DNA of 63,861 nt, filler included, from Nemertoderma westbladi (lineage: Eukaryota; Animalia; Xenacoelomorpha): the NCBI GenBank assembly GCA_032718475.1. It is 4 parts of 4 records of this genome, joined end to end, with 100 filler letters (N's around TTAATTAATTAA, not from the genome) between each part and the next. Parts side by side here need not be neighbours in the genome. Positions count along the whole stretch, not along the records: positions 29,425 to 48,146 come from JAUCBJ010005506.1; 3 more parts are not named here. One strand, given 5' to 3'. The position numbers were made by a program, and so were the translations under genes. Within the stretch, counting starts at the first letter, position 1. Each line of letters begins with the position of its first letter. Under the pieces are notes generated by a model. It was not told the DNA's origin. It did not search any database and worked only from the letters and a program-made list of their open reading frames with translations. This document shows, one piece after another, positions 33,944 to 46,718 of this stretch.

Positions 33944-34990
33944 CCCTTGTGCTCTCTTTGAGGTCATTTTTGACCCATCGGAGATTTAAACTTACATAAT
34001 TTTATCACACGACACATTGATATTTTATCTCGAAATTTTGTGACTTTTATTATTTTATAGTGTATCTTAATTAGAAAAACAAAATTGTAAAAATTTGAAA
34101 GGGAGTCTAGTCTATTCAATTTTACAATTTATACACATATTGTCTTTGAGGTCAAATTTGACCTCATCATGTTTTGTACCTATACCATTCAATATCAACG
34201 AAAGATTTACTTATCTTAGCCTTCTCTGTACTGATGACTGAATGTATGGTAGGGCCTACTGGTCTAGTGGTCTAGCAGAAGCCTATATAGAATTATCAGA
34301 TTATAAATTAGATAAGTACCAGTACCGGTCACGGTCATAGCTACTCAAAACCACGCTGTTGTCTGCAAATCTAAACTCAGTAGGTCTCTTTCTTCTGTGC
34401 TTGAATTCCAGTCAGCAGGTACTGTGAATTTTGATACGGATATCAATATAACTGAATACTGGAATAATATAATACCCTCATTATTTATCGAGGCCAGGAT
34501 TTATTATTTTCACTGAGTGCATTGTTGAGTTGTGGGAGGTTTAGTTGCCTACTAATTGCACTAACAGACGCAGACAGGAGGAGGAGACAGACAGACAGAC
34601 AACTTGATATAATACTATCTACCTTACCTACAGTATAATAAAACTTACTAAAACCTATATCATTATACTGCTGTATTCTGGTATTGATATGGTAATCTTG
34701 ATATTTAATCGCAATGACTTACTGGTATCATACCATTACATTACTAATTCTGATAACAGACAATGGACAGACAGACAAAAAACAGACAACTAAGATAATA
34801 CTACAGTCTAATATCTGAATATAAGTAGGCAACTTACATTCCTAAACCAGTCTGCCAGTACAGTACTGCAGTAGCCTATCATTTTAAAGGTAACCACTGG
34901 ATATTGAATCGCAGTGCCTTCTCATTTACATGAGGTCAAAATTGACCTCAAAGGAATCAAATGTTTGAGAAATGAAGGGGAACACAAGGG
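33944..34990. mobile_element. piggyBac-like MITE with a TTAT target duplication
   Basis: CCCTTGTG...CACAAGGG termini. The internal inverted repeats TTTGAGGTCA/TGACCTCAAA are asymmetrically spaced. TTAT is present on both sides. Confidence 0.75.
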
Positions 34991-35688
34991 TTATAGGTAC
35001 ATGAAGCATGACAGATGAGAGACAGCCAGACAGCTGTTAAGTTATGGAAAGCTACCTTTGCAGCTCTGTATGTATCTTCAGTGTACTGCTGTACTGACTG
35101 TACTGTACCGGTACTTAGAATAAAATGGTACATTCTAGCATTATAGGTCAGTAGGTCAGTCGGGCACTTTGTCAATATTGACATGTGTCAATATTGACAG
35201 GTAAAGCTAATTTCTCCAGGATGGAGCATGTCAAAATTGACATGGACATGTCAATATTGACATTTTTTTACCTGACGTGTTCAAATATTTCCAGACGTGT
35301 TTTCTAAATATAAAAATCGAAATTATAAGTAAATTAGAAACTTTTGACCGTGCGGAAAATTTTTTCACCGTGCGGAAAATTTTTTCACCGTGCCGTTTAG
35401 TTAATATAAATACTTAAAGTTTTTATCATGTTAAAATTGACATACATGTCAAAATTGACATGTAATGATGAGAACATAAGTGTGGGGTTAGGCTGTAGGC
35501 CACGCCACCCTATCAGCCTACAGACTATACTATAACTAGGGCTCAACAGAAGCTTCGGCTTCGGTTCGGGCCGAAGTTTGGCAATTTCGGTTCGGTTCGG
35601 CTTCTGCAATTGATACTACAGAAGCCCGGAGCAAACTTTGCTAAATATTCCAAGTATTACATTGACTGATTGAGCTAAGACCAGAAAG

Positions 35689-36514
35689 TAGGGCTCGATC
35701 GGAGCTCCGGCCTCCGGCTCCGGCTCCGGCCATTTTGGCACCTCCGGCTCCTGCTCCGGCTCCGGTAAAAATATTGCCGGAGTTAATTTTTTAATAAAGT
35801 ATTATATTTCGTGCATATTCTAATCTGAACAATTATTTAACACTATAAGTAGGCCTACTGTAGTACAGCTTCAATATCAAGTATAATCTGACTGTCTGAT
35901 AATACTGCAGTATTTACTTAAAGTCAATGACTGGCTGACTGTACTGCAGTAGGCCTACTGGTACTGGCCAGCTGGCTGACTAGCAGACTATTACAGATAG
36001 GCCCTACTTTAAAAAATTGTAAATGCTATGATTGTACACTGTCAGACTGTACCACTGCAGCCATTTACTGCTGTCAAGCATGCCAGCATACTGTACTGCA
36101 GTACTGGTACGTACACGTACGGTAGGCTACCTACAGTACACACCTCTACCACAGTTAGACAGTTAGCGAGTTAGGTACCGGTACTGTAGGTAATTTTTAG
36201 CCGTCAGCGTCAGGCCGTCGCCGTCAGCATCAGGCCGTCGCCGTCAGCGTCAGGCCGTCTGTCCGTGATAAATTAATTACTTAAAGTTTAAATTGAAAAT
36301 TCGTAAATCTATAAATTATGAAATTAATTAGACCTACAGTATGATTGATTATGAGCGATTGGCGAACGATAACCATACTTTATTTTTTTTTAAATAAATA
36401 ATTAAATTTTTAAAAATTTTGAAAAACTCCGGCTCCTGCTCCGGCTCCGGCCAAATTGTCCAACTCCGGCTCCTGCTCCGGCTCCGGCCAAATCCCAACT
36501 CCGATCGAGCCCTA
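35689..36514 (+). mobile_element. hAT-type MITE, copy 1
   Basis: TIR TAGGGCTCGATCGGAG, subterminal (CTCCGG)n and 8-bp TSD CCAGAAAG. Confidence 0.9.
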
Positions 36515-36593
36515 CCAGAAAGACAGTAAGACTAATCAATCTGTCCATCGTGTTGTACAAATTAATTTTGGGGTGTAAACGTTAAGCAGACAC

Positions 36594-37757
36594 TAGTGCA
36601 GAGCAGACATTCAGACAGTGGTGCAGAGCAGACAGTGATGCAGACACCTGGTGCAGACAGTGGTGCCGACACTGGTGCAGACAGTGGTGCAGACAGTGGT
36701 GCGGACACTGGTGCAGACACTGGTGCAGACAGTGGTGCAGACACTGGTGCAGACATTGGTGCAGACAGTGGTGCAGACAGTGGTGTAGACAGTGGTGCAG
36801 ACACTGGTGCGGACACTGGTGCAGACAATGGTGCAGACAGTGGTGCAGACACCTGGTGCAGACAGTGGTGCAGACTTTGGTGCAGACACTGGTGCAGACA
36901 CTGGTGCAGACTGTGGTGCAGACACTGGTGCAGACATTGGTGCAGACACTGGTGCAGACAGTGGTGCGGACACTGGTGCAGACAGTGGTGCGGACACCTG
37001 GTCCAGACAGTGGTGCAGACACTGGTGCAGACACTGGTGCAGACAGTGGTGCAGACAGTGATGCAGACAGTGATGCAGACACCTGGTGCAGACACCTGGT
37101 GCAGACAGTGGTGCAGACATTGGTGCAGACAGTGGTGCAGACAGAGGTGCGGACAGTGGTGCAGACAGTGGTGCAGACAGTGGTGCAGACACCTGGTGCA
37201 GACAGTGGTGCAGACAGTGGTGCAGACAGTGGTGCAGACACTGGTGCAGACAGTGGTGTGGACACTGGTGCAGACAATGGTGCAGACAGTGGTGCAGACA
37301 CCTGGTGCAGACAGTGGTGCAGACAGTGGTGCAGACACTGGTAAAGACTTTGGTGCAGACAGTGGTGCAGACACTGGTGCAGACAGTGGTGCAGACACTG
37401 GTGCAGACATTGGTGCAGACACTGGTGCAGACAGTGGTGCGGACACTGGTGCAGACAGTGGTGCTGACAGTCTGACAGTGTTGCAGACACCTGGTGCAGA
37501 CAGTGGTGCAGACAGTGATGCAGACAGTGATCCAGACACCTGTTGCAGACACTGGTGCAAACAGTGGTGCAGACACTGGTGCAGACATTAGTACAGACAG
37601 TGGTGCAGACAGTGGTGGAGACACTGGTGCAGACAGTGGTGCGGACACTGGTGCAGACACCTGGTGCAGACAGTGGTGCAGACACTGGTGCAGACAGTGG
37701 TGCAGACACTGGTGCAGACAGTGGTGCAGACACTGGTGCATACAGTGGTGCAGACAC
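36594..37757. repeat. 12-bp minisatellite (TGGTGCAGACAG/AC)n
   Basis: Roughly 95 units. It is the source of the many overlapping low-complexity ORFs. Confidence 0.95.
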
Positions 37758-37759
37758 AT

Positions 37760-38405
37760 GCATCATGCTGCATGAAGGCCTTTTAGCAGTTTCTACAGCC
37801 CTTTTCAGCATTTATCATGCTGCACGAAGGCATCTGAACAGTTTCAACAGCTATTTTCAGCATTCTCATATTGCACAAAGCCCTCTGAACAACTTCAAAT
37901 GTTATTTTTTAGCATTTATGCTGCATGAAGGACTTTGAACAGTTTTATAACTTTCAACAGCAATTTTCAGCTTTTCTCATGTTGCACGAAGCCATCTGAA
38001 CAATTTCAACTGTTATTTTCAGCATTTATCATGCTGCATGAAGAACTCTGTGAACAGTTTTATCAACTCTTTTCAGTATTTCACATTCTGTGCGAAGGCC
38101 TGAAAGTTTCAAAACTTATTTTCAGTCTTTCTCAAGCTGCTCGAAGACCTCTGAACAGTTTCAACAGCTCTTTTCAGCATTTATCATGCTGCGAACATTT
38201 TTAACATCTCTTTTCAGCATTTATCATGCTGCACAAAGCTCTGAATAGTTTCATTTCAAAATCTTTTTTCAGCGTTTATCATGCTGCACAAAGTTCAGAA
38301 GGTCTCTAAGCAGCTTTGAGAGATCTTTTATGTATTTTTCAAACTGTGCGAAGGCCCCTGGGCAGTTTTATCAGTTTTTTTCAGTTTTTCTCATGACACA
38401 TGCTG
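37760..38405. repeat. Degenerate ~43-bp tandem repeat
   Basis: Recurrent TTTTCAGCATTTATCATGCTGCACGAAG..CTGAACAGTTTCAAC units. Confidence 0.7.
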
Positions 38406-38514
38406 ACAGGTTTAACAATTACTGAATTATGGAAGTGCCTTAAAAATAGCATTAGCTGTTTAAAAATTTCGGCTCGCTTCGCTCGCCTTTCTTTTTCTGT
38501 TGTAGGGTTCAGTG

Positions 38515-39350
38515 TAGGGCTCGATCGGAGTTGGGATTTGGCCGGAGCCGGAGCAGGAGCCGGAGTTGGACAATTTGGCCGGAGCCGGAGCAGGAGCCGG
38601 AGTTTTTCAAAAATTTTAAAAATCAAAAATTTTCAAAAATTTATTTAAAAAAAAATAAAGTATGGTTATCGTTCGCCAATCAGCCAATCGCTCATAATCA
38701 ATCTTACTGTAGGTCTAATTAATTTCATAATTTATAGATTTACGAATTTTCAATTTACCCCTAAGTAATTAATTTATCACGGACAGACGGCCTGACGCTG
38801 ACGGCGACGGCCTGATGCTGACGGAGACGGCCTGACGCTGACGGCTAAAAATTACCTACAGTACCTAACTCGCTAACTGTCTAACTGTGGTAGAGGTGTG
38901 TACTGTAGGTAGCATACCGTACGTGTACCAGTACTGCAGTACAGTATGCTGGCATGACAGCAGTAAATGGCTGCAGTGGTACAGTCTGACAGTGTTCAAT
39001 CATAGCATTTACAGTTTTTTAAAGTAGGGCCTATCTGTAATAGTCTGCTAGTCAGCCAGCTGGCCAGTACCAGAGTACCGGTACCAGTACTGCAGTACAG
39101 TCAGTCAGTCATTGCAGCATTGACTTTAAGTAAATACTGCAGTATTATCAGATTATACTTGAGATTGAAGCTGTACTACAGTACCGGTACTTATAGTGTT
39201 AAATAATTGTTCAGATTAGAATATGCACGAAATATAATACTTTATTAAAAAATTAACTCCGGCAATATTTTTACCGGAGCCGGAGCAGGAGCCGGAGGTG
39301 CCAAAATGGCCGGAGCCGGAGCCGGAGGCCGGAGCTCCGATCGAGCCCTA
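38515..39350 (-). mobile_element. hAT-type MITE, copy 2 (inverted relative to copy 1)
   Basis: Same TIRs and body as copy 1, with its own 8-bp TSD GTTCAGTG. Confidence 0.9.
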
Positions 39351-40189
39351 GTTCAGTGGTTAGGCTACTGTTGTATTGTATACAGATATAGGGCAGCAGG
39401 GACTGGTACAGCAGTACTGACTGACATTGACAGATTGGTTACACTCCCTCAAAATTGAATTTGCATTGGCGTGGCGCTCTTCAAAATTGTTTCAATGTGT
39501 GGCGCGCTTAAAAATTTAGTTGGCGCGGGGTTTCTTCGAAATTACATCGGCGTGCTTAAAAATTTAGTTGGCGCGGGGTTTTTCTTCGAAATGGTATCGG
39601 CGCGCATAAAAATTGGTCGGCGCGCTATCCGGCGTACTTTTTGGATGGATTCCATACAGGGGCCCTATTATTATTGTTATTATTATCTCATACTTACTGT
39701 GACCAACCGAAGTTGTCGAAATAAGCCTAGTTCAATAATATGGGGCGAGCCTAGAAGTCTGTGAGCTGAGCCTTACAGCCTTAGCATCAATATTGGAACG
39801 TCAATATTCGAACGCATTGCAGTATAAAGTTAATTATAATAACTATCTATTGTACTGTGAGGGAAACATAATATGCTTTATTTACCGTTCATCCCGAGAT
39901 CTGTTATTAAACGACCGAGCGCAGCGAGTGAGGTAAATAAGTCCCCATATTTTGGGAGTGGCAGTCCGAAACCCTACTTTAAAGTGGAAATGGGGGGCGA
40001 AACCTTAATTAAAACTGTCATGTAACCCCAACCTTAAATATTTTGGATCCTAAATTCCACATAATTTCTTAGATTGGAGCATGTTTATACCTTAGAGAGG
40101 GTTTACGAGAGACTTATACGAGAGGGTTTATACACCCTCTCCACGACTTTGCCCTCGGGAAACGCGTAGGAGGAGAGAAACATCATCGC

Positions 40190-43100
40190 AATCCTTTTAC
40201 TAAATGTTGCCTTATAAATGCCAGGTCAATAAAGTCAAAACTTTCTGACCTTGAACAGCTGCAACGTTGTGACGGTTACGAAATAATTGCTATAACTGAA
40301 TCGTGGCTTACTGATGATGTGTGCGACAAGATGATTAATTGTGAAGACAACTTTCGTGTTTTTCGGTGTGATCGCGGTTCTCTAGGCAGGGGCGTTGCTA
40401 TCCTGATTCGCAAGGACATCAAGTGTGTCCAGGCTGCCAGGTCAGTTTGCCCCCCAATTTCGTTGATAAGGTCGAACTGGTCGCGCTTGACTTTGTGGGA
40501 GCTTCCCCTAGCCGTTTTATTTGTGTTTACCGGTCAAATAATCCTAATCGAGCATCGTTAGAACTTGATAAACTTCTCTCTGATTGCCTTGCTTTTCTGT
40601 GTAATACATCGCAACCTTGTACTGTTGTTGGCGACTTTAACTTGCCAGACATTGATTGGGAAAATATGTCACATCCAGATAATGCTACTTACAATTTATT
40701 TGCTGAATGTTTTTTAGATAACAGTCTGAAACAGTTGCAATTGAAACCCACTAGGGGTAATAATATCTTAGATCTTGTATTTTGTACTGAGGATATTTTT
40801 ATTTCAAGTATTGATGTTACTGAACCGTTTGCTACTAGCGACCACAGTACTGTTGTTTTTAATATTTTATCATATAATCGTATTGATTCCACATCCGATG
40901 TTGGTTTTTATGATTTTAAACAAGGGAATTATGAAGGTTTTTCTGAATACTTAAATGACACTAACTGGAATTTATTATTTGAAAATTGTGTCTCTGTTAA
41001 TGATTTTTGGGATGGGTTTGGTGCAATCATTAGTAATGGTATTAAGAAATTTATACCTTTTAATGTTTGTAAAAGTAAGAAGAATAACGTTTTCCCTGAG
41101 TTTGTAAGATTATTACAACGTAAAAAGAAACATCTTTGGCGGCGACGCCACACTGTCAATGGTGAAAAGGAGTACAAAAAATGTGCTAAAGCGGCCTCGC
41201 GTGCTACCTTTGCATTAGGGAAAACCGCATTCTTTCATCTGGTAATTTAAGTGACATTTTTAGTTACATAAACAATAAACGTAATCTTAAATCAGGAATT
41301 TCCCCATTCAAATACAAAGGTGCTACAGTCGTTGATGACTTGGAGAAAGCTAATATTCTTTCCCAAGTTTTCGCCGAAAACTTTACAGTAGATAATGGGA
41401 ATACTCCCATGTTTGCAAGGCGAGCCCCATTAAATGCCAATAAGTCTACTATCGATTTTTCTCCAGTAAATGTATTTGCTATGCTAAATAAAATTGGTGC
41501 CAAAACAAGTCGAACGTCGGACAATTTTCCTAGCTTTTTGTATTCAAAACTTGCATCGTGTCTTGCTGCCCCATTATCGGTTATTTTTCAGGTTTCTTTT
41601 ATCAGCCATGCTTTACCTACTATTTGGTTGACAGCATATGTTGTACCTGTGTATAAGAAAAATGATGCTTCCGACCCTTATAATTACAGGCCTGTTTCAC
41701 TTACTTGCATAGCATGTAAAGTAATGGAATTGTGCATTAAAGATGAATTGTTATCGTATTTATATTTGCACAAACTTATAAACAAGGCACAGCATGGTTT
41801 CCTGAAAAAACGTTCGACCTGTACCCAACTATTGAACTGTGTTAATGAATGGTGCAATTTACTAGATAAAAGAAAGTGTATAGATGTAGTGTATATTGAT
41901 TTCTCGAAGGCTTTTGATTCGGTGGTGCACAGTAAACTTATCGCTAAATTAGCCAGTTATGGGATTTCTGGGAATCTTATATTATGGTTCACAGCTTTTT
42001 TAACGAATCGAACTCAACAAGTTGTTGTTGGTAATGCCTTTTCTACCGTATGTGACGTCATTTCGGGCACTCCTCAGGGAACAGTATTAGGGCCGATGTT
42101 GTTTATAATTTTTATTACCCGGTAACGACTTACCAGATGTGGTGCATTTTGTGACGTGTAATTTGTTCGCTGATGATGTTAAGTTGCATTCAGTAGTCAC
42201 CGACTGTACTAATTTAATTCGTGCTCTACATATTTTGGAATCTTGGGCTGATACTTGGCAATTGAAAGTTGCAGCTCATAAGTGCCATGTGCTTCAAATA
42301 GGAACTTACGGCCGAGATAATGGTGCTATTACTTACCAGTTGTGCAGTAGTATTTTGAAACTGAATGCAGTGACTTAAATTTTAACCTATATTGTCGTGA
42401 ACAAGTTTCCAAGGCGTTCAAGATTGTAAATATTATTTTCAGATGCTTCTGTACAAATAATACTCGTGCCTTTCTCACTGCTTTTAAATCCTATGTACGA
42501 CCTTTATTAGAATATTGCACCTCTGTTTGGTCGCCCTATCATGTTGGAACAATTGATCTCCTTGAGCGTGTACAAAGATATTTTACGCGCCGACTTTTTC
42601 GACGGTGCAATTTGGAACCTGTAGGTTATTTAGATAGGATTAGGATATTAAAACTACAACCTCTCGAAGTGCGCCGTGTTATTTTTGACTTAAAAATGGC
42701 ACATTCTATAGTTTACAGTAATATCGACTTAAATTTGAACGATTTCTTCACTATTGCGCCGAGAGCTGGACTTAGAGGTCACGAGCTTAAACTCTACCAT
42801 AAACAGTCGAGGCTTCTAATGTGCAAGAATAATTTTGCCCACCGAGTAGTTCCAATTTGGAACTGGCTCCCATCGGAAACTGTCAATACTGAAAGTAAAT
42901 TTTTATTTTCCAAAAAGCTTAAAGACCTTGACCTTCCATCTTTTTGTAAATTTAATAGAAATTTGTAAACATGCGCATATTTTTATTTTTATTTTTTGAT
43001 TATTTTTGTGAATCATAACAATCAATTTTTATTGTGAATATTTTATTGCACATAGCTTACTGTTTACTGTACCCTTGTATTTATTTTATTTTATATTTTC

Positions 43101-43428
43101 AGCACTGCTTCTGTCTATTCTACTGCACCGTTTTATGCTTTTTTATTTTGAATGCATATAAATATGATATCTTTATTCACTGCACCAAATTTATTTATTA
43201 TTTTTTTTTATCAATTTTCAGAAATTCGTAGACTATGACATTGTTGCGTTAATTTTAATTTTATTTTGTAGAATATATTTCTGTATTTTTGTGTAATTTT
43301 AGAGCCTGCTCGGGCAACCATAAGTGTTTAATTTTTAATAACCTGGTTGTTTTCTCTCCTCATGTACTTTTAATTTAATTTTTATAAATACATAGAGTGA
43401 TAATAATAAAATTAAAATAATAATAAAT
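40190..43428 (+). mobile_element. CR1-clade LINE, ORF2 (endonuclease + RT) broken by frameshifts
   Basis: Contains INARSIKSK, ITESWL, VGDFNLPDIDW, PTRGNNILDLV, SDH, NYRPVSLTCIACKVME, YIDFSKAFDSV, GTPQGTVLGP, LFADDVK and RGHELKL, spread over several frames. AT-rich 3' UTR with an (AAT)n-like tail. Confidence 0.92.
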
Positions 43429-43450
43429 ACTTTATAGGGTTACTAATGAC

Positions 43451-43674
43451 GGTTATCGTTCATATGCGTACCTCTGGTAAAAGAAGCAGGTTACAGTGGT
43501 GGTGTTTTCTAACCAAAACAATAAACTAATCTCCATTACTTAATTAATGGAAAGGAGCAGATTACAGTGGTGGGCTTTTCTAACCAAAACAATAAACAAT
43601 ATCTCAGTATTTCATACTTATAGTCTTATTTTTGCAATACGAAAATACCAGAGGTACGCATATGAACTATAACT
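43451..43674. mobile_element. Small MITE, second copy of 30029-30258
   Basis: Same TIRs, with TSD CTAATGAC. Confidence 0.9.
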
Positions 43675-44072
43675 CTAATGACAGTTTTAATTAGGGTTTG
43701 GGCCTGACCAACTAACCCCAGCCACAAAATTAAACCAATAAATCCAAGCTAAAGTGCTGTACGGTCTGCTAGTCTACTATTATTATACTGTAAGTCATCT
43801 ATAGGGGGCATTCCGCGCGGGGGGCCGGGGGGGGGGGGGGGCATCTTTTTAATTAGTTTTCTTTGTAATTTTCTTCTGAACATCTAGCCTATCCGATTTT
43901 ATGCTCTTACCTCACACCGGCAGACCGTTACGGTACTCTCTATATGTACGATTTATATATTTAAATACTGCTCAGTCAGTCAGTCCTTATCTAATTCGGC
44001 AAATAAATAATCCCAATTCCGACTGCCACTTTTTGGCAGGATGATCCTAGAACTCCCTATGTAGCCTAATTA

Positions 44073-44484
44073 CAGGGGTGGAAAAAACATAGTTTTTTTT
44101 TTAAGAAAAAAAAATACGTTTAGGTTTTTTGCTTAGGTTTTTTCGGTTTTTTTAATACAGTACCGGTACGGTAATATATTTGCAATTTGATATCAAATTA
44201 ATTTGATAACATTGAGGGTTTTGCAAGTTGAAGTTTTGGAGGTTAAAATGTTATTATTTTTGATGCTGCTGACAAATGACAAACAGTGTTTATGTCTGTC
44301 TCTAATCTCTATGTCAGTATGTTAGGCTAATCAAGAACATGTCAGGCAAAATTGACCCATTTTACTGTACATTAATTTAAAAAACCTAAAAACCTATTTT
44401 TGATGAAATTTTTAAAAGTACCGGTATGTGATTTAAAAAAATATGAAAAACCCATGTGCTAAAAAACCTACTTTGCCAGCCCTG
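44073..44484. mobile_element. Putative hAT-like MITE upstream of SCAPER
   Basis: CAGGGGTGG ... GCCAGCCCTG termini and subterminal GGTTTTT/AAAAACC motifs. The TSD is degenerate. Confidence 0.5.
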
Positions 44485-44816
44485 GCATAATACTCTAAAA
44501 GTTTAATACTGTAATATTCTGACATAGGCAATTGAAAATTGGTCTGGTAGGCCCAGCCTAGCCTAGGCACTTTCTCCAACTCCACTCCATCCATCATACT
44601 GTCATAAATCTTTAAAATAACCATATTCAAATTCTCTGGCAGCCTGGTTTAACCTCTCAGATCACAATAATGAATTTTGATTACAGCTGACCTGCCAGCA
44701 GACCGGTCTTTTCTGATTTACTTTCACTTCTATTATTAGCCCCGCATTAGTTACTATTATTAGTTACCGCATCCAGTCAAGTTACTGGTACCACAAGGAA
44801 TTTGAATTTTCGAGTT

Positions 44817-46718
44817 ATGACTTCAAGGAGTAAGGGATTGCGTCAGCATCATACGAGAAATAATATCGATTCCGTAAGAAAACTGGTAGAAAAGGAAGGC
44901 AGAAGTGCTCGGAATCTCATTCAATTTAATGTTCCAATAGTCGACCAACAGATCAGGAGTCATAGACGCAGTTACCGGGTGAACAAAGGCACGCAGCAGT
45001 ATTCACAGACAAGCAGTCCTGAAAATGATATCCAACGGGCCTACAAGGAGTACAGGGGTAGAAAAAAGGTAGATAAACGGGCCCGAATTTGGGCTTATCT
45101 GTTCGATAATTTACAACGCGTTGTTGATGCCATATATCAATCCTGTGAGGAGGATGAAAGTATCGTGGAGTGCAAAGAGGTTATAATGCTTCTTGATCAG
45201 TGTAAAGCTGACTTCGAGCAGCTTATTGAACGTATTGAGCTTCACCACCAGTTCGAACAACTCGACAAGGCAGATCGTCCGACATCCTTGGCTTGGCAAG
45301 TTCGCAAACAAGTGGGTTCCCCAGGTAAGATTCTATCCCATTCACAACGTCCCTTCGATTCCATCAACAGACCAACGCCTCCAGTGACGGTGGCGCGCAG
45401 TTTGAATTTTTTTTCAAAGCCAAATTCAACTGAACCAATCAATAGAAACCCTACGGATTCTATCTGCAATGGATTTGTTTCGCCATCAAAGTCTCAAACA
45501 AAATCTACCGGTACCGGTAGTCTATCACTCTCACTACCAAATAAACCACAAGTCATTCAAAATCTTAATTCACTTAAAAACTCTGAATCCTCAATTGCAA
45601 CCAATCCTGATCCATTTCAACGTAGGAAACCGAGTAAACGAGTTATTCCGGTGTCACAAACTTCTTACCCAACGTGGGCCGATCGGGTTAAGGGCACCAA
45701 TAAATTGACCGTGAACATTAACAATCATGCTCATACTGAAGATAAAACTAAGGACTTCGAAGGTGTAGACCCAGTCTGGTTGACGGCCACCGAACATCTG
45801 TATAATTGGGAACAATCGGGATCCCAATCAGAAAAGGATATGAGACCATTTAAGACTAAACTAAACCAATTAGATACTCAGGTAAAATTTTCTTTTGAGT
45901 TTAATGGAAATATTGAAACTTCTACTAATCTGGTGTCGACATCCACCGCCAGCCCTGGACTTGCCATTGAATCCAGGCAGGAGAACACTGTCGATACCAA
46001 CTCCAGCCCAGTGCACGTCAAAGATGCACCATATAAACCGGATCACGATATGGATGACACAAGCAGCCTAGGGCTTCCCATTGACGCGCTATCCAGTCTA
46101 GCGCGCATAAATGAGGAGGATCCAGGGCAACACAATGAGGATCCAACGACCCCAGGGGGCAATATTGATTCCCCCGAGGAGAGCTCAGTACTTTCTCCAG
46201 ATACCTTCTCCAGTCCAGAGCGTTCTGTAGCCGCCCTCTCAACCCCAATAGACTCTATATGCAACCCATCAACACCAGAGAGGCCTGTAAACCCCATTTT
46301 ACAGAACACAGGCAATCATGTTGATGAATTCGTGGATGCCTTGGAAACAGAGGAGAAACTGGCTACCGAGTTGGAAACCATATACGACGAAGTGTGGAAG
46401 GATGCATTGGAGGAGGAAGAAACATTGACCCGGGCGATCCAAGCCCATGAGAGAGATTCGATTGCAGATGAGTTGGATGTCTCCAAGGGATCGTCCGTGT
46501 TGTCATTCAATGAACTGAAGGTTGCCTACGATTCTGAGGCCTCTTTCCACGCGGCCCACTCATGGGACGAACTGGTGGAGTTGGAGGAGACTGTAGTGGA
46601 GGCACGTGAACCTGGACATGGGTTGTACATGCACGAGCGTCTATCCAGTCCCTCCCGGACAGTGTCACTGGAAGAACGGAGGAGAAAGCATGAGGAGAAA
46701 CAGGCCAAAGCAGAGGAG
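44817..46718 (+). CDS. SCAPER: S phase cyclin A-associated protein in the ER, N-terminal coding exon (gene continues beyond the spacer)
   Basis: VRKLVEKEGRSARNL, RARIWAYLFDNLQRVVDAIYQSCEEDESIVECKEVIMLLD, RPTSLAWQVRK and PGHGLYMHERLSSPSR..KHEEKQAKAEE match SCAPER. The first ATG is at 44817, and there is a phase-0 donor GAG|GTAAGT at 46718/46719. Confidence 0.92.

Noticed and set aside
36562-37938. Long Cys/His-rich or SAP-repeat ORFs (also 23663-24160)
   Set aside because: They are open in most frames on both strands because the 12-bp repeat lacks stops.
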